From: Deltaproteobacteria bacterium
GTDB lineage: Bacteria; Desulfobacterota; Binatia; UBA12015
Assembly (NCBI GenBank): GCA_046583355.1
Contig: JAYGCM010000065.1
Location: 1-17,959 of the forward strand
Length of the DNA stretch: 17,959 nucleotides
Direction of reading: 5' to 3'
The translations under genes were made by a program, and so were the position numbers. Positions 15,217 to 17,959 of this stretch are shown piece after piece. Numbering within the stretch: position 1 is the first letter of the stretch; each line of letters starts with the position of its first letter. Under the pieces are notes generated by a model. It searched no databases and was not told the origin of the DNA. It worked only from the letters and a program-made list of their open reading frames with translations.

Positions 15217-16842
15217 ATGAATGAAACAAATGCCTTTGACGCCCTTGCGGCGCCCCTGCGCGCCACCATTGAGGCGCGCGGTTTCACTACCCTGACCGAG
15301 GTACAGCGTGCCGTGCTCTCCAGCGAATGTGCTGGGCGCGACCTGCGTATCTCGTCCCAGACGGGTTCCGGCAAGACCTTGGCATTGGGCCTGCGCCTGG
15401 CTGAGGATTTCCTCGCCGCCGCTGCCGCCAAAACAAAGCGCTCAGGGCCGCTGGCCTTGCTGATCGCGCCGACCCGCGAACTGGCCACTCAGGTCGCCGG
15501 CGAGTTGGGCTGGCTGCTGGCGAAAATTCCTGGCGCCAACGTCGAAGTGGTCACTGGTGGTTCCGATTTCCAACGCGAACGCCACGCCCTGGCCCGCCGG
15601 CCGGGCATGCTGGTGGGCACACCGGGCCGCCTGCTCGACCATCTGCGCCGCGGCACGCTCTCGTGCGAGTCGACCCAGCATGTGGTCCTCGACGAAGCCG
15701 ACCAGATGCTCGATATGGGCTTTCGCGAAGAGCTCGAAGCGATTCTCGAACAGCTTCCCGCCGAGCGTCATAGCCACCTTGTTTCGGCAACTTTTCCGGC
15801 CGCCGTCAAGCGCCTGGCCGACCGCTTCCAGAACAATGCCCTGCACGTGCAGGGAACGCGCCTGGGTGCCGCGAACGAAGATATCCAGCATATCGTCCAC
15901 CGCATCCGGCCCTTCGATACGCTGAATGCTCTGGTCAATGTGCTGCTGCGCTCGCGCGGCGCACGCACGCTGGTCTTCGTACGTCGCCGCACCGATACGA
16001 TCGAACTCTCCGAGCGCCTCGGCGCCGATGGCTTCTCGGTTCGACCCTTCAGCGGCGAACTCTCGCAGAGCCAGCGCACGCAGACCCTGGACTCCTTCCG
16101 CAACGGTAGCGTCGATGTTCTGATCTCGACCGATGTCGCCGCACGCGGCATCGATATCCCGAATATCGAGATGGTGATCCACGCCGACCTGCCCACCGAT
16201 GCCGACTCCTACACGCATCGTTCCGGGCGCACCGGGCGAGCCGGCCAAAGCGGGCGCAGCATCCTGCTGATGCCGGCCCACGCCGAGCGCCACCTGCGCC
16301 GCGTGCTCGACTCGGCCCGCGTTGAACCACAATTGCTACCCGTCCCCACCGGCCATCAGATCCAACGCGCCCTGACCAAACATACCCGGCGCGAGCTACA
16401 TACCATCCTCGACAGCGAGGCCGGCCCGCCGGAGAAGCAACTCACCTACGCCGAGCAATTGCTCGAAGGCCACGACCCCAAGCTGGTGATCGCGGCATTA
16501 CTTGAGTTGGCCGAGCCCAAGCCCGTACGCCCGCCCGCCGTCCTGGACGAGCCGCATCCGGCGAGCAGCCGGGACCGGCGCCCGCCGCGCCCGCGCCCGC
16601 AGGGCGGCTTCCAGCGCTTCGAGATCAATTGGGGCCGCGCCCGTGGCGCCACCCCGCCCCGCGTTCTCTCGCATGTTTGTCGCCGCGGCCAACTTACCCG
16701 CGACGACGTTGGTGCCATTCGCATCGGGCCCTTGAGTACGATGTTCGAGATCTCGGTCGACGCGGCCTCGGCCTTTGAGAGGCTCTCGCGTCGCCCGGAC
16801 GCCCGCGATCCCGAGCTCTCGATCCGACGCTTCGCGGCCTAG
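15217..16842 (+). CDS. DEAD-box ATP-dependent RNA helicase with C-terminal DbpA-type RNA-binding domain
   Basis: Q motif (TEVQ), QTGSGKT, PTRELA, TPGRL, DEAD, SAT, TDVAARGIDI and HRSGRTGRAG; C-terminal FEINWGR...CRRG.L...DVGAIRI. Confidence 0.95.
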   Translation: MNETNAFDALAAPLRATIEARGFTTLTEVQRAVLSSECAGRDLRISSQTGSGKTLALGLRLAEDFLAAAAAKTKRSGPLALLIAPTRELATQVAGELGWLLAKIPGANVEVVTGGSDFQRERHALARRPGMLVGTPGRLLDHLRRGTLSCESTQHVVLDEADQMLDMGFREELEAILEQLPAERHSHLVSATFPAAVKRLADRFQNNALHVQGTRLGAANEDIQHIVHRIRPFDTLNALVNVLLRSRGARTLVFVRRRTDTIELSERLGADGFSVRPFSGELSQSQRTQTLDSFRNGSVDVLISTDVAARGIDIPNIEMVIHADLPTDADSYTHRSGRTGRAGQSGRSILLMPAHAERHLRRVLDSARVEPQLLPVPTGHQIQRALTKHTRRELHTILDSEAGPPEKQLTYAEQLLEGHDPKLVIAALLELAEPKPVRPPAVLDEPHPASSRDRRPPRPRPQGGFQRFEINWGRARGATPPRVLSHVCRRGQLTRDDVGAIRIGPLSTMFEISVDAASAFERLSRRPDARDPELSIRRFAA

Positions 16843-16861
16843 AAGACCGGCTTACATCCCG

Positions 16862-16924
16862 CTCCAGCGCGCGGGCAAAGCGTTCGGCTTATCAGGGACT
16901 CTGATACGAACGCCCCGGCTGGAG
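16862..16924 (+). other. Long bulged stem-loop upstream of sdhC
   Basis: Four stacked helices: CTCCAGC/GCTGGAG, CGGG/CCCG, GCGTTCG/CGAACGC and TATCAG/CTGATA, with loop GGACT. No U-tract follows. Confidence 0.6.
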
Positions 16925-16966
16925 TAGTTGCAATCATGACGCTGAGCGCTAAAACTCAAGGCGATC

Positions 16967-17698
16967 ATGAGTAGTCCACGGTTCAACTTCTGGTCGTCGG
17001 TGGGCAAAAAGCTCCTGACCGGGGTGACGGGCATCGCGTTGATCGGCTTCATTATCGGCCATCTCGCAGGCAACCTCACCCTCATCGCAGGCGGCGGGGC
17101 ATTCAATGCCTACGCCGAGGGCCTGCACCGACTCGGTTTTCTTCTCTATATCATCGAGGTCGGGCTGGTCGGCCTCTTCCTCCTGCATATCGTGCCCGCC
17201 CTGGCGGTCCACCTCGATAAGCGCCGCGCCCGCAGCGTGCATAATACGATGGTCCAGACCAAGGGCGCGCAAAGCAAAAATACTATCTTCTCGCGCTCGA
17301 TGGCCGTAACCGGGCTCGTGCTGCTCGTCTTCCTGGTGATCCACATCATCCAGTTCCGCTTCGGTCCGAGCATCAATGAGGGCTACGTGACTCTGGTCGA
17401 TGGCGAACCGGCGCGCGACCTCTACCGCCTCGTCGTCGAGGTCTTCAAGAATCCGCTCTGGGTATTCTTCTACGTCGGCTGCATGTTGCTCCTTGGGTCA
17501 CATCTGCGCCACGGCTTCTGGAGCGCCTTCCAATCGCTCGGCCTCCTCGACGTCCGGCTGCGCCCGCTGGCCTACTCGGCCGCCGGCATCTTCGCCGTAA
17601 CCGTCGCCGCCGGCTTCATCCTCCTGCCTCTCTGGCTCTGGCTGGTGGCGCCTCTGCCACTCCCCGACCCGGCCCTTCAGGCCTTGGTGACGAAGTGA
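16967..17698 (+). CDS. sdhC: Succinate dehydrogenase/fumarate reductase cytochrome b subunit (b558 type)
   Basis: [13 protein letters not shown], heme-ligand His motifs ([31 protein letters not shown]) and five TM segments. GTGA overlap with sdhA. Confidence 0.93.
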   Translation: MSSPRFNFWSSVGKKLLTGVTGIALIGFIIGHLAGNLTLIAGGGAFNAYAEGLHRLGFLLYIIEVGLVGLFLLHIVPALAVHLDKRRARSVHNTMVQTKGAQSKNTIFSRSMAVTGLVLLVFLVIHIIQFRFGPSINEGYVTLVDGEPARDLYRLVVEVFKNPLWVFFYVGCMLLLGSHLRHGFWSAFQSLGLLDVRLRPLAYSAAGIFAVTVAAGFILLPLWLWLVAPLPLPDPALQALVTK

Positions 17699-17959
17699 TT
17701 GATTTCGATATCGTCGATGGAACTCTCCACGATGGCGCCCCCGATGGCCCCATCGAGACCCGCTGGGACCGGCACCGCTTCGACCTCAAGCTGATCAACC
17801 CGGCCAACAAGCGCAAATACAAAATTATCGTGGTCGGCACCGGCCTCGGTGGCGGTGCGGCCGCGGCCACGCTCGCCGAGCTCGGCTATGATGTGCAGAG
17901 TTTCTGCATTCAGGACAGCCCGCGGCGCGCGCATTCGGTGGCAGCCCAGGGCGGCATCA
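17695..17959 (+). CDS. sdhA: Succinate dehydrogenase/fumarate reductase flavoprotein subunit, N-terminal part (runs off the window's right edge)
   Basis: Hand translation from GTG 17695: ...[50 protein letters not shown]...[15 protein letters not shown] (FAD-binding GxGxxG and flavinylation His motif). Confidence 0.95.
   Translation, partial: MIDFDIVDGTLHDGAPDGPIETRWDRHRFDLKLINPANKRKYKIIVVGTGLGGGAAAATLAELGYDVQSFCIQDSPRRAHSVAAQGGI

Noticed and set aside
1..17959. Remaining overlapping ORFs in the track; CRISPR arrays, tRNA/rRNA genes, IS elements or integrases
   Set aside because: The other ORFs are GC-rich alternate-frame or antisense shadows of the called genes. I saw no spaced repeat arrays, tRNA cloverleaves or transposase motifs.

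Overview
This is a GC-rich bacterial chromosomal window; the gene content looks Deltaproteobacteria/Myxococcota/Binatia-like, which is an inference. Left to right it contains: the 5' end of cstA; a Cys-rich secreted orphan; a + strand run (TPR protein, LbH acyltransferase, MeT1-like methyltransferase, TauD dioxygenase, membrane protein); and a convergent, translationally coupled - strand operon (GT4 glycosyltransferase, SAM methyltransferase, (alpha/alpha)6-type hydrolase). Next come a FadD19-like acyl-CoA synthetase, a decayed mosaic of gene fragments (thiolase, acyl-CoA ligase, tail/IMC-like C-terminus), yhbY, an EF-Tu-domain-2-like protein and a Schlafen/AlbA_2 pseudogene. The window ends with an SDR, a DEAD-box helicase and the start of an sdhCA operon. 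Main finding: four genes resemble the complete mycobacterial methylmannose polysaccharide (MMP) set (manT, meT3, mmpH, meT1). Here the set is split into two convergent units, with an acyltransferase directly upstream of meT1 and an acyl-CoA synthetase divergent from manT, in an apparently non-actinobacterial genome. This suggests an acylated MMP-like glycan system. Secondary findings are microhomology-type deletion scars and a 24-bp bulged hairpin upstream of sdhC. All family calls come from motif recognition by eye; no database searches were run.
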